Assembly: GCA_963765675.1 (NCBI GenBank)
Contig: CAVXXK010000001.1
Span: 1,088,001 to 1,152,000, forward strand
DNA: 64,000 nt
Source: an uncultured delta proteobacterium
GTDB taxonomy: Bacteria > Desulfobacterota > Binatia > Binatales > Binataceae
Direction of reading: 5' to 3'
Shown here in pieces: positions 10,182-20,275 of this stretch (positions are counted from its first letter, which is position 1; every line of letters begins with the position of its first letter). Under the pieces are notes generated by a model. It searched no databases and had not been told where the DNA came from. It was given only the letters and a program-made list of their open reading frames with translations. The position numbers were made by a program, and so were the translations under genes.

Positions 10182-10592
10182 CTAGGCGCCGTCAGCCGCC
10201 TCTTGTAGGCGCTCGTCGGCGGTCAGGAGTTCCAAGCCTGCAATCTTCTCCCGCGCCAATACAAAAGTCGCCAGATGCAGCGCGTCCAGTGTTCGGAGCG
10301 CTTTTCCGGGTGAAACCCGCCGCGCCATCTCACACACCGACGCGGTTAATTCCCAAATGTCGCATCGTGCCCAGACCACATCGATCTCACGTTGCGCGTC
10401 GGCAAGTTGCGTTTCGCTCACTTGGCCGAGTTGGCGCAGGCGATGAATCGCGCGCGATGACTCCACGATCGAGAGCCGCGATGTAATGAGCGCCGGCGCT
10501 GCCGCGATTCGCGATTCGAGCGCGGGACTGGTCCCGTTTTCGACGACCGCTCGCAGAACGGCTGAGGTGTCCAGATAGAGGCAATTCGCCAT
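10182..10592 (-). CDS. vapC: VapC PIN-domain toxin
   Basis: LYLDTSAV, LRTLDALHLATF, LTADERL. Confidence 0.9.
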   Translation of the reverse strand: MANCLYLDTSAVLRAVVENGTSPALESRIAAAPALITSRLSIVESSRAIHRLRQLGQVSETQLADAQREIDVVWARCDIWELTASVCEMARRVSPGKALRTLDALHLATFVLAREKIAGLELLTADERLQEAADGA

Positions 10593-10601
10593 GGTTCGAG
10601 G

Positions 10602-10901
10602 TCAACGGTCGCCGCGAATTTCATCGAGAGCACCTGCAGCGGCGCCGCTCGGGAGTCCGAGCCCTCTGGCCTTCCACTTCCACCGTCCCTTCGGTTCTCT
10701 GGCGCGGGTCAGGTCGCCACGTTCGGACAGCGAATCCAGAAGATCGCCGAGCGACTCAGGCGTGCCGGGCTGTCTGCGCGAGGGGCGCAGCTCGGCCACC
10801 ACCTCGTCGCGGTCGGTCACCAATACGGTCTCGCCACCGCGCACTATCCGCAGGTATTCCGACAACCTCGACTTCAGCAGTTTTACGCCCACCGATTTCA
10901 C
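10602..10901 (-). CDS. Phd/YefM antitoxin
   Basis: VGVKLLKSRLSEYLR.V..GETVLVTDR. Confidence 0.88.
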   Translation of the reverse strand: MKSVGVKLLKSRLSEYLRIVRGGETVLVTDRDEVVAELRPSRRQPGTPESLGDLLDSLSERGDLTRAREPKGRWKWKARGLGLPSGAAAGALDEIRGDR

Positions 10902-11042
10902 TCTTTTATAGTAGTCACCGGTGGTCACGTAATCAACAGACCGCGGTGCATGCGTGCGGCTTGTCCGCCGATTACCCATCGACTAACTTCTAGCGGTGGA
11001 AGGCGCCCTGACGGCGCCGATTCTTTCCCTAGAGGTTTTCCC

Positions 11043-11969
11043 TTGGCGGCGACCAATCTGCGTACAGACAAGATCTGGATGGACGGAACCCTGGTGCCCT
11101 ACGACGAGGCCAACGTCCATGTCCTGACTCACAGCCTGCACTACGGGCTCGCGGTATTCGAAGGGATGCGCTGCTACAAGCTCGACGCGGGAGGCTCGGC
11201 GATTTTCCGCGGCAAGGAGCATATTCGCCGCCTGCTCGAATCGGCGCATATAGTCGAGATGCCGATGCATCACAGCTCCGAGGAGCTGCTTAAGGCCTGC
11301 GCCGATGTGGTCCGCGTGAACAAGCTCGCGGAGTGCTACCTGCGCCCGATCGCTTTTTACGGCGAGGGCGAGATGGGGCTTGCGGCGCGGGGCAACAAGA
11401 CTCGGGTCGCGATCGCGGCGTGGCCGTGGGGCGCGTACCTGGGCGAAGACGGCCTCAACAAGGGAGTCAGGCTCAAGACTTCATCGTTCGTGCGGTTTCA
11501 TCACAACTCGATGATGCCGGCGGCGAAGGCGTCGGGGAATTATATCAACTCGATCCTCGCCGGCTACGAAGCGCGCCGCGGCGGCTACGACGAGGCTCTC
11601 CTGCTCGACACCCAGGGCTTCGTGGCCGAGGGCAGTGGTGAGAACGTGTTCGTGATTCGGGACGGAATCGTGCGCACGCCGACACTGAGCTCGATCCTGC
11701 CGGGCATCACGCGCGACTCAGTCATAAGGATCCTGCACGACAATTCGATCGAGGTGCGCGAGGAGCTTTTCGCGCGCGACGCCTTCTATGTCGCCGATGA
11801 GGCGTTCATGACCGGCACCGCCGCCGAGGTTACTCCGGTGGTCGAGCTCGACGATCGCCGCATCGGGAGCGGCACGCCAGGACCGATCACGCGCATCGTG
11901 CAAAAGGCGTTTCAGGACGCGCTGCACGGCCGCGGTGGAAAATATCCCGAGTGGCTCTATCGGATCTGA
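11043..11969 (+). CDS. ilvE: Branched-chain amino acid aminotransferase
   Basis: HSLHYGLAVFEG, AKASGNY, EGSGEN, LPGITR, TGTAAEV. Confidence 0.96.
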   Translation: MAATNLRTDKIWMDGTLVPYDEANVHVLTHSLHYGLAVFEGMRCYKLDAGGSAIFRGKEHIRRLLESAHIVEMPMHHSSEELLKACADVVRVNKLAECYLRPIAFYGEGEMGLAARGNKTRVAIAAWPWGAYLGEDGLNKGVRLKTSSFVRFHHNSMMPAAKASGNYINSILAGYEARRGGYDEALLLDTQGFVAEGSGENVFVIRDGIVRTPTLSSILPGITRDSVIRILHDNSIEVREELFARDAFYVADEAFMTGTAAEVTPVVELDDRRIGSGTPGPITRIVQKAFQDALHGRGGKYPEWLYRI

Positions 11970-11978
11970 GGAGTCGAT

Positions 11979-12587
11979 ATGAAGATGCTCGCAACCGGAT
12001 TGGTCATTGCCGCGGTGGTGATCCTCGCGGTGGTAGCGCTCAGGCCGCGCGTCGCGCGCGCCGAGCTACTCAAGCAAGGGCAAGTCGCGCCCGGCTTCTC
12101 GACCCAGATGGTGGAGGGCGATCAGACAGTTCCGATCTCGCTGGCCGATCTGCGCGGCAAAACGGTGGTGCTGTATTTCTACCCCAAGGATGACACGCCA
12201 GGATGCACCAAAGAAGCGTGCGCCTTCCGCGACGGCTTCGCGCGCTTTCAGTCGGCGGGATTGGTGGTGCTCGGATGCAGCGTGCAGGACTCCGACCAGC
12301 ATCGCGCGTTTATCAAGAAGTACAATATCCCGTTTCCGTTGCTGCTCGACCCGGATAAGAAAATCGCAACCGAGTACGGCGCCGCCAACGGAATTCCGAT
12401 CCTCGGGCTGGACCGGCGCATTACCTACGTGATCGATGGCGACGGCCGAATCGCTAAGGTTTATCCGAGCGTCGATCCGTCGGTGCACGCAACTCAGATT
12501 CTGACCGACCTGAAAATTCCGGAGCATCCCGCCGCCGCGCCCTCGCCGGCTGACGCCGTCCCCGGACCGGGTGCCTCCGCTGATTAG
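11979..12587 (+). CDS. Peroxiredoxin Bcp/PrxQ with N-terminal signal/anchor
   Basis: YFYPKDDTPGCTKEAC. Confidence 0.92.
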   Translation: MKMLATGLVIAAVVILAVVALRPRVARAELLKQGQVAPGFSTQMVEGDQTVPISLADLRGKTVVLYFYPKDDTPGCTKEACAFRDGFARFQSAGLVVLGCSVQDSDQHRAFIKKYNIPFPLLLDPDKKIATEYGAANGIPILGLDRRITYVIDGDGRIAKVYPSVDPSVHATQILTDLKIPEHPAAAPSPADAVPGPGASAD

Positions 12588-13318
12588 CTTGCGGTAGCCT
12601 CGACGGGCGAGTAGCCGAGGCTGACTGCCAGCATCACCGACGCCGCGGCCAGCACCGCGGCGTCGTTGATCTTGCTTATGCGCACCGCGAGGGCCGCCAG
12701 ATGCACGAACATCTCGGTTTCCTCATCGTCGCGGCGGCCTACCAGTCCGTCGAGGTCGAACATCGCGTCGATTAACGGATTAGGATCATAGCCCGACTCG
12801 GCCAGCGCCTCGCGCGTGGCGACGCGCCAGAATTCGCGCGGCTCGATTTTCTCGAAGTCGACCAGCTCGGCGATTCGCGCGCGAATCCGCGGAATCAGGC
12901 GCCGGTAGCGATCGTTTGCGTCCAGATATTCGGCAACATCCTGCCCCTCGAGAAAATCTCCGACCGTGCCGTCGTCGCCATAGACGCCGAGCGAGCCGGG
13001 CGCCGGTTCGAGCCGGACGAATCTCTCGCCGCGTCCGTCGGGAGCACGCTCGAGACCGAGCGGATAGAGCCGGCAGGAGAGAGGACGGCCCTCGTGGATC
13101 CGGCATCGCACGCCGTCGAGCATCGAGCATGCGCCGCCCGCCTCGAATCTGAGAATCGATCCGCGCCGCAGCGTGAAGCGCGCGATCGCCTCGCGCGTCG
13201 AAACTCCGGCAGCCCGCGCGATACGCAACACGTCATACGGCGCGAGCGTGATCACTTTGTCGCGGCAGCATTTTCCGCACGCCTTGCAATCGTAGGAGAA
13301 TGGTGTAGCGCGGTTCAC
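12584..13318 (-). CDS. YkgJ-family cysteine-cluster (CxxCxxCC) protein
   Basis: CKACGKCC..C..C.IHEGRPLSCRLYP; GTGA overlap with the upstream gene. Confidence 0.85.
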   Translation of the reverse strand: MNRATPFSYDCKACGKCCRDKVITLAPYDVLRIARAAGVSTREAIARFTLRRGSILRFEAGGACSMLDGVRCRIHEGRPLSCRLYPLGLERAPDGRGERFVRLEPAPGSLGVYGDDGTVGDFLEGQDVAEYLDANDRYRRLIPRIRARIAELVDFEKIEPREFWRVATREALAESGYDPNPLIDAMFDLDGLVGRRDDEETEMFVHLAALAVRISKINDAAVLAAASVMLAVSLGYSPVEATAS

Positions 13319-13749
13319 GACTTGGTGGCGGAGGCTAAATCTCCGGGAACGAAGCCCGGCACCCATTTCTCGTACTTCGGTAAATCGTCGTCGAGGTTCA
13401 CCCACGCGGCCTTTGACGACGTGAACACATGCATCGAAGGGCGTACGCCCGGGTCGTCCTCCAATACGCCGGCCGGAACGCTAACCATACCAGTCGCGTC
13501 GACGAACTTCGGAGCGGGCGAGCCGCATCGGCTACAGAAGCTCCGCGCATGGCCGGGGGTCCATTCGTATCCCGGGTTGATCAAATCTTCGCCGCTCAGG
13601 AGCTTGAACCTTTCGGAACGCACATGCGCAAACGTTGCGACTGAGGCCCCGGTGGTCTTGCGACAGACCGAGCAATGACAGTAGGTCATCGCGCGCACCT
13701 TTTCGATTTCGAACCTGATTCCTCCGCACATGCAGCTTCCGTGGATCAT
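13315..13749 (-). CDS. GFA/CENP-V family protein
   Basis: GSCMCG, CHCSVCRK, FCSRCGS. Confidence 0.92.
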   Translation of the reverse strand: MIHGSCMCGGIRFEIEKVRAMTYCHCSVCRKTTGASVATFAHVRSERFKLLSGEDLINPGYEWTPGHARSFCSRCGSPAPKFVDATGMVSVPAGVLEDDPGVRPSMHVFTSSKAAWVNLDDDLPKYEKWVPGFVPGDLASATKS

Positions 13750-14014
13750 GGCTACCTCCCGATCGATTTTGCACTGGATCTGCTTCAAGAGATCGGAGTA
13801 ATCGTTCTGTACTCCAGTCTGAATTTTTCTCGTTTTGATTTCACATGCAACCATCGCCTGATCGCGCCGATTCAGCGCGATTATCCAATTCCATTGAACG
13901 ATCGGTATTTTTTCGCTTCGCCGGCGCTTGCAGGAGGCTTCGTGGCGCGCTACCCAAACGGGGCCGGCTTCGATAGCATCGGAATGCGGAATCAAACAGG
14001 AAGGTTAGCTCGCG

Positions 14015-15199
14015 ATGGATTTTAACTGGTCGCCCGAACAAGAATCCTACCGAATGGAAGTCAGAAAGTGGCTCGAGGCCAATCAGCCTCCGCCGCTTGC
14101 GCAGATCGACGAAGAAAACAGCGGCGATGATGTTGTTTGGAATCGCCTCAAGGCCTGGCACACCAAGCTCTACGAGGCGGGATGGGCCGGGCTCACGTGG
14201 CCCAAAGAATACGGCGGCCGCGGCGCAACCTTTATCGAGCAGGTCATCTTTCAGCAGGAGCTCGGGCGGCTCGGACTGCCGATGGGATGCAACGTGCTGG
14301 GCGTGATCATGAACGGCCCTGCGCTGATGCAGTGGGGCACCGAAGAACAGAAAAAACGCTACCTGCAGCCGATCCTCGCCGGCGAAGAAATCTGGTGCGA
14401 AGGGATGTCGGAGCCGGGCGCCGGCTCGGACCTGGCCGCGATCCAGTGCCGCGCCGAGTTGAAGGGCGACGACTTCGTCGTCAACGGGCAGAAGGTTTGG
14501 ACCACGATCGCGCATCGCTCGCACTTCTGCCAGCTTTTCGTCCGCACCGATCCCGACGCACCCAAGCATAAGGGGATGAGCGCGCTGATCGTCGATATGA
14601 AAAGTCCGGGAGTCACCGTGCGTCCGCTCAAGCAGATCACCGGCGATTCCGAGTTCAACGAAATTTTCTTCGAGGACGTAAAGGTTCCCAAGGAAAATCT
14701 GCTCGGACCGATGAATCAGGGATGGCAAGTGCTCGTCGCCACGCTGATGCACGAGCGGTTCGGAATCGGCGAGACGATCGGAGGCACCGAGCAGACCCTG
14801 CACGCGCTGGTCGAGTTGGCCAAGCGCGCGCAGATTAACGGGCGTCCCGCGATCGAAGAGGACGATATCCGCCAGCAACTCGCGCAATTCGCAATCGAGG
14901 TCGCGGCGAAGAAGTACAACGGATTGCGTTCGCTCTCGCGGCGGCTCAAGGGCCTCCAGCCCGGCTCCGAGGCGTCGATCTCGAAGCTGGTCTCGACCGA
15001 TCTCGGCCAGCGGATGGTCAAGTTCACGACGCGGCTGCTCGGCGAATACGCGATGCTCGAGTCGCATACGCCGTTCGCCCCGCGCGGCGATTGGATGAAG
15101 CGCATCCTCCAATCCGAGTCGATGACGATTGCGGGCGGCACCTCGATGGTGCAGCGCAACATGATCGGCGAGCGAATCCTCGGACTGCCGAAGGGCTGA
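14015..15199 (+). CDS. Acyl-CoA dehydrogenase
   Basis: SEPGAGSDLA, NGQKVWT, FNEIFF, TIAGGTS. Confidence 0.95.
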   Translation: MDFNWSPEQESYRMEVRKWLEANQPPPLAQIDEENSGDDVVWNRLKAWHTKLYEAGWAGLTWPKEYGGRGATFIEQVIFQQELGRLGLPMGCNVLGVIMNGPALMQWGTEEQKKRYLQPILAGEEIWCEGMSEPGAGSDLAAIQCRAELKGDDFVVNGQKVWTTIAHRSHFCQLFVRTDPDAPKHKGMSALIVDMKSPGVTVRPLKQITGDSEFNEIFFEDVKVPKENLLGPMNQGWQVLVATLMHERFGIGETIGGTEQTLHALVELAKRAQINGRPAIEEDDIRQQLAQFAIEVAAKKYNGLRSLSRRLKGLQPGSEASISKLVSTDLGQRMVKFTTRLLGEYAMLESHTPFAPRGDWMKRILQSESMTIAGGTSMVQRNMIGERILGLPKG

Positions 15200-15225
15200 G
15201 TCTCCCGCGAATACGTCGAAGCAAC

Positions 15226-15261
15226 GAAGGGCGGTTCGTCATGAGCCGCCCTTCTTTTTTT
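15226..15261 (+). terminator. Intrinsic terminator
   Basis: GAAGGGCGGTTC/GAGCCGCCCTTC stem followed by T7. Confidence 0.88.
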
Positions 15262-15424
15262 GATTGGGAACCTCGCCGTAGAGGCATCGATTTTGCTCGA
15301 TTCCTCGGCAACGGCATAAACCGCGTTGGCGACGGGGGTTACTGCCGAATCGTTGGGCGACTGCTGCTCATACGGGCGGCATCGGTGTATCTGGCGCTTT
15401 TGACGCCATTATCGGAGGCTCCTG

Positions 15425-16786
15425 ATGGCTCGCAGGGATGCGCTCGCGCGTAGTTCCGTCCTTTTCACAACCTTTCTCGTAATTGCCGCCGCGTCATTGT
15501 TCGTGATCGCAGGCGCGTCCTCGGCGCACGCAGCGATTCCGGGCGCGCCGAAGATCAACGGCGCCGATACCGCATGGGTTCTGCTCTCAGCGGTGCTGGT
15601 CCTGATGATGACGATTCCCGGCCTCGCGCTGTTTTACGGCGGGATGGTGCGGCGCAAAAACGTGCTCTCAACGCTGATGCAGAGCTTCATCCTTGCGGGG
15701 CTCGTGTCGATTCAGTGGGTGCTCTTCGGCTACAGCATCGCGTTTGCGCCCGGCAGCGGATTCGCCGGCGCGCTCTCGTGGGCCGGCCTTGCGGGCGTCA
15801 GCGCGACACAGCCGTACGCCGCATATTCCGCGACGATCCCGCATCAGGCCTACATGATCTATCAGTGCATGTTCGCGATTATCACCCCGGCGCTGATTAC
15901 CGGCGCGATCGCGGAGCGGATGACGTTCAGGGGATTCGTGATCTTCAGCCTGCTCTGGACGACGCTAATTTACGATCCGCTGGCGCATTGGGTGTGGGGC
16001 TCCGACGGATGGATCCACGCGATGGGCGCGCTGGATTTCGCGGGCGGCACGGTGGTGCACATCTCGTCGGGTGCTGCCGCGCTGGCCGGCGCGCTGCTGG
16101 TCGGCAAGCGGCGCGGGTATCTGAAGGAGCACATGGCGCCGCATAATCTGACGCTGACGATCACCGGCGCGGGCCTCTTGTGGGTCGGATGGTTCGGGTT
16201 CAACGCGGGCAGCTCGCTTGCGGCCGACGGCCTGGCGGTCTCGGCGTTCGTCGCGACGCATCTGGGCGCGGCGGCCGCGATGCTCTCGTGGGTTGCGGTG
16301 GAATGGTTCGTCGCAGGCAAGCCGACCACGCTCGGCGCGGCTTCGGGAGCGGTCGCGGGACTGGTCGCGATTACGCCCGCCTCGGGCTACGTGGGACCGA
16401 TGCCGGCGATAGTCATCGGAGTAGTCGCCGGAGGGCTATGCTTTGGCGCGGTGCGGATGAAATCGCTCTTCGGCTACGACGACGCGCTCGACGTGGTGGG
16501 CGTGCACATGATTGGCGGAATCTGGGGTGCGCTCGCGACCGGAATTTTCGCCAGCCTCGCAATCAATGCGGCCGGCGGCAACGGACTAATCGAGGGAAAT
16601 CCGCATCAGCTCCTGGTGCAGGCGATCGCGGTGGTCGCGAGCGTCGCGTTCTCATTCGTCGGCAGCGCGGTGCTGTTCAAGGTGACCGACGCGCTGGTCG
16701 GAATCCGCGTCGACGACGAAGGCCAGTACATGGGCCTCGACCTAAGCGAGCACGAGGAGAACGCCTACGCCTTCGTCGAGGGCTGA
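15425..16786 (+). CDS. amtB: Ammonium transporter
   Basis: PGLALFYGG, DFAGGTVVH, GWFGFNAGS, DDALDVVGVH. Confidence 0.96.
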   Translation: MARRDALARSSVLFTTFLVIAAASLFVIAGASSAHAAIPGAPKINGADTAWVLLSAVLVLMMTIPGLALFYGGMVRRKNVLSTLMQSFILAGLVSIQWVLFGYSIAFAPGSGFAGALSWAGLAGVSATQPYAAYSATIPHQAYMIYQCMFAIITPALITGAIAERMTFRGFVIFSLLWTTLIYDPLAHWVWGSDGWIHAMGALDFAGGTVVHISSGAAALAGALLVGKRRGYLKEHMAPHNLTLTITGAGLLWVGWFGFNAGSSLAADGLAVSAFVATHLGAAAAMLSWVAVEWFVAGKPTTLGAASGAVAGLVAITPASGYVGPMPAIVIGVVAGGLCFGAVRMKSLFGYDDALDVVGVHMIGGIWGALATGIFASLAINAAGGNGLIEGNPHQLLVQAIAVVASVAFSFVGSAVLFKVTDALVGIRVDDEGQYMGLDLSEHEENAYAFVEG

Positions 16787-17035
16787 CAGCGGCCTTCCAC
16801 CGGCAAGCGCCGCATCCACGGGAAGCGCGGTCCCATCGGTATCTTGGTCTCCGTTTGTCGGGGTATCGGCACGGCCGTCCACAGGCTTATGTATTGCTAG
16901 GTCATAGGAGAGTTGGAATTTAAGGCCACTATAACTATAATCTCTTAAGAATATGGACAACGCCGGGTATTGTGTTTAGCTTTGTTTCGAGGGGTTGATA
17001 CTCGGTTTTGACCTTTAAGGTAAACCGCTCAAAGT

Positions 17036-17839
17036 ATGAGAATTTCCTTTCTTCGCGCACCTTTGGTAGAGATTATCGCAGAATTGCGCTGGGAACCATC
17101 AATATCGCCTCTCCCTCAGGCCGGCCCGCAACCCCTTCCGGCTCTATATCTGGGGGCCAATCAGGTCGAGAACTTCCTACATCGGTTTGGCGGCGAGATC
17201 TACTCACAGGGTTTTGATCGCACGGAGCGGCTCCTTCCCAGCGGTGTTCCCGTGCCTCAAGGCCAAGTCATGGCGCGTTTCAAACGCAAGATGACAGATG
17301 ACGCCAACGTCCTCTATCAGGCTGGAATCGGCGTCTTTTCAGCAAATGCAACTCCTCCTTACCATTCTTGGGAAGCGTTCGCCCCGGTCGTCAAAGTGGG
17401 GGTGGAAGCGCTTTTGCGGTCGCGCGAAGATGAGGAAAAATCGACTAAGTTCAGCTCGGTTAGCTTAAGATATATCGATGCATTCGGGGCAGACTTGAGA
17501 GGCGGTCGCGAGCCTCTGGAATTCTTGACCAGCGTTCTTCAGATAAATGTTGGTCTTCCTAGGGTGGTGCTCGATCACTCGATAAAAGGGCAGCCACCAA
17601 AGCCCTTTGTGATGGCTGCGATTTCAGTGCCTGAGGGGGTACTTCGGATCAATGCTGGTGAGGCAACTGTCAGCGGTACAAATGCTGTATTGCTCGATAT
17701 GACGCTCTCGACGAAAGAACCAGTAGATCCTGTTTTAGAAGCTGTGATGGATTCACTGGAACGGGAGCATTCGATCATCCACGACATATTCATGGGGCTT
17801 ACTGAACCCATTCGGGAGTTGATGCTGCCGGCTCATTGA
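17036..17839 (+). CDS. TIGR04255-like protein
   Basis: APLVEIIAELRW, YHSWEAF, SLRYID, LLD, HSIIHDIF pattern; low-GC island. Confidence 0.78.
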   Translation: MRISFLRAPLVEIIAELRWEPSISPLPQAGPQPLPALYLGANQVENFLHRFGGEIYSQGFDRTERLLPSGVPVPQGQVMARFKRKMTDDANVLYQAGIGVFSANATPPYHSWEAFAPVVKVGVEALLRSREDEEKSTKFSSVSLRYIDAFGADLRGGREPLEFLTSVLQINVGLPRVVLDHSIKGQPPKPFVMAAISVPEGVLRINAGEATVSGTNAVLLDMTLSTKEPVDPVLEAVMDSLEREHSIIHDIFMGLTEPIRELMLPAH

Positions 17840-17868
17840 AGACAGTTCAAAGAGGATAGTAGGAAGAG

Positions 17869-18420
17869 ATGAGTATCTGGTTACCTCCCCGCGACTTGGC
17901 GCTGATGGTTTCGGTCGATGTTTACGAGTCAATTGGTATCTCATCCGCCAATTATTTTCTGCAACCCCAGGTCGAGTATCGCGTTTCGGCGCATCATGAT
18001 TTCGAGTTCGAACGAGCGAAAGGCGAAATCAGAGAAATAGCAAAACTAGAATCGAACTGGGACGGTTACGGCGCTGCCCCAATTCAAAACCAGACGAAGC
18101 AAAATGCATTGGAGGCCGCCGATCTGATATTTGGCACAGCTCCAATTCCGGAAATCGCGCCGAATCCCAATGGGACGATCTCCATGGAGTGGGAGTCTGA
18201 GGCAGGCATAGCCCAGCTAGAAATTGGACTTTCGCGGTGGAGCTTTTTTATAGAACGGAAAGGCGGTGCGCCAATTTTGGAGGATGGACCAGCAAATCGG
18301 ATTCTACCGCAATTGGGGCTACTAGTTTCTGCGAATCTATTCCCCGCGTTACCTGCGACGACCACCTCTACGACCATTGAATCAAATGTGCAACCTGCCG
18401 ATCCACGTAGCGAACTCTGA
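17869..18420 (+). CDS. Hypothetical protein (NWDGYGA motif), antitoxin-like candidate
   Basis: LESNWDGYGAAPI..PEIAPNPNGTISMEW..LEIG; lies in an operon between the TIGR04255-like gene and a toxin-like gene. Confidence 0.6.
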   Translation: MSIWLPPRDLALMVSVDVYESIGISSANYFLQPQVEYRVSAHHDFEFERAKGEIREIAKLESNWDGYGAAPIQNQTKQNALEAADLIFGTAPIPEIAPNPNGTISMEWESEAGIAQLEIGLSRWSFFIERKGGAPILEDGPANRILPQLGLLVSANLFPALPATTTSTTIESNVQPADPRSEL

Positions 18421-18846
18421 AAAAATCGTTCGGGCTATCATGAGCCCGTACCATGTCGACAGGAAGGGGAGGTTGAGACCCCGCGCGTTCCGGCCGGCAT
18501 CGGGTACAGACGAAGTTTCGGTTATTCGGCAATCTCACATGGGATCCGATTTCTGCAAGGACAAGGCGAAGGAAATCGCAGAACGCATTCCAGGAAAAAC
18601 ATATATTGGGTTGGCATCGGTCAGCGCCAACAGATTCGTAGCACGGGAGCCCAGATTGTTGATTCGCGAGCTGAGTTCTGCGGACACGCGCACATAAGCT
18701 ACGGAATCGTTGTTCAAAGGGACGAACCGCAGCAATCTGAACTCAATCGCCGATTAACGGAGTTTGCGCGCAAGATCCTTGACCTCGCGATCTTTCGCAT
18801 AGATCCCGACCCAAGCGCACCGACGTGGACTGGTGAAGCTCTCTGA
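18386..18846 (+). CDS. Putative ADP-ribosyltransferase-like toxin (frameshift near 18628)
   Basis: EKIVR..RAF..EVSVIR, then in the shifted frame IRSTGAQIVDSRAEFCGHAHISYG..WTGEAL*; R-S-H pattern suggests an ART-like fold (inference). Confidence 0.5.
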
Positions 18847-18974
18847 TTTCGCACTTCTCTGTGGTCATATCTTCCTCATTCTGAAAGCCTGAAGGCTCAT
18901 CGACAGTCTGGAGCGCATTTTGCCTTCGCAAACCTCGCGTTGACTAACGGATCAATTCAAGTGCCGCGACTCCG

Positions 18975-19299
18975 CTAGAAACGACGCCCTATCGGATGTC
19001 CGCGGAGCGCGGTGAGGAGCGTGCAGGTGCCTTGCATCAGATGGCCGAGGCCGCCGGCTACTTGCGCGGTCGTGCGCCACGCCTGGTTGCTCTGATTGCG
19101 AGAGATGGTCTTCGAGATGCATTTTCTGTTGCGGTGTTAGCGAGTTGTATCCGCCTTCGTAGTAGAGCGGGGCGTAGTTCTGCGCGGCGGTCTGCGGATA
19201 CATCGCGGTGCATCCGGTTGCGCCGGTCAGAACCGCAAGAAAAAGCGCGAGCGCTACCGAGCGCGTCGCGCGGAATTCCAGGTTGCTGTCGGGCTTCAT
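18975..19299 (-). CDS. Putative lipoprotein, paralog of the adjacent gene (frameshift near 19097)
   Basis: ATGC lipobox; QKMHLEDHLS, then shifted frame NQSNQAWRTTAQVAGGLGHLMQGT. Confidence 0.6.
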
Positions 19300-19330
19300 C
19301 GCGAGTACTCCGGCGATGAGCTGGATTAGT

Positions 19331-19669
19331 TCATCGCTTGACCGCCCACAGCAGGACGCCCGTTCCCTGGGTCAGCGTACCGAGGCCGCCGGCGACCGAT
19401 GCGGTCGTGCGCCACGCGGCGTTGCTCTCGTTGGAGAGATGGTCCTCTAGCTGCATCTTCTGCTCGGGCGAGAGCGAGCTGTACTGCTGGCCGTTGTAAT
19501 AGCTCGGCGTGGCCTGCTCCGCCGCGCCCTGCGGATTGAACGCGGCGCATCCGCCGAACGACAGGATCGCGGCGACGCCGATCAGAAAAACCAGCACGGC
19601 GGGCCATCGCATCTGGATCCGGTCCACCCCCGGTGCGGTTGAGAATCGAGGCTCATCGATGCTGGCCAT
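19331..19669 (-). CDS. Putative lipoprotein
   Basis: Hydrophobic segment plus FGGC lipobox; QKMQLEDHLSNESNAAWRTTASVAGGLG. Confidence 0.7.
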   Translation of the reverse strand: MASIDEPRFSTAPGVDRIQMRWPAVLVFLIGVAAILSFGGCAAFNPQGAAEQATPSYYNGQQYSSLSPEQKMQLEDHLSNESNAAWRTTASVAGGLGTLTQGTGVLLWAVKR

Positions 19670-19935
19670 TGTGGTACCGCTCCTCAGCGGAAACTCAGCT
19701 TCCGCGGTTTCTCAGAGCGACGATCGTGCCATCGAGCCGCGGCGCGGCGAGCATCGTGGATGCTGCTGATTCTGGCGTGCGGATTAACACCTCGTCAGGA
19801 TTGAGGCACGCGCGCCGTGGCCCGATTTGCGAGATCGTCACGACCCTTTGACGCAATCGTGCACGCGCCCGTTTCAAGCAAAATGATGACAGTACGTTAA
19901 GGCGCGGCGCGGTTACGCGCCTGCACAGATGCCGA

Positions 19936-20184
19936 TTAGCGCTGCATCGCCTGGAAGATGAATGGCCCGGCTTCGGCCATCACCTCGCCGACGATTTCGG
20001 ACAGCGGCTTGGACGGGATCGCTAGCTTCTCGGTCAGGTTGGTCATCACGGTCAGATAACGCTGCTTCATCTCGGGGCTGATGGTTTCGAGTCGGACTGA
20101 TTCCATCACCTCGACGAAGCGCCGATGAACCTCGACGATTGCTATATCGGCGGGATCAGTGAACTTCTTCGACGAACGCGCCAT
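19936..20184 (-). CDS. Hypothetical protein (82 aa)
   Basis: Clean ORF, GAGGG RBS, host-like codon use. Confidence 0.7.
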   Translation of the reverse strand: MARSSKKFTDPADIAIVEVHRRFVEVMESVRLETISPEMKQRYLTVMTNLTEKLAIPSKPLSEIVGEVMAEAGPFIFQAMQR

Positions 20185-20275
20185 AACGCTACCCTCGCGC
20201 AGAGAAATCGGGCTGAGACTTGATCATATCACGCGCGCTGTCCCTTCGATGCGATGCCAGCGGAGCCGGAGATCA

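Noticed and set aside
20220-20232. FNR/DNR-like box TTGAT-CAT-ATCAC near qNor
   Set aside because: Spacer is 3 nt rather than 4, and it lies downstream of norB
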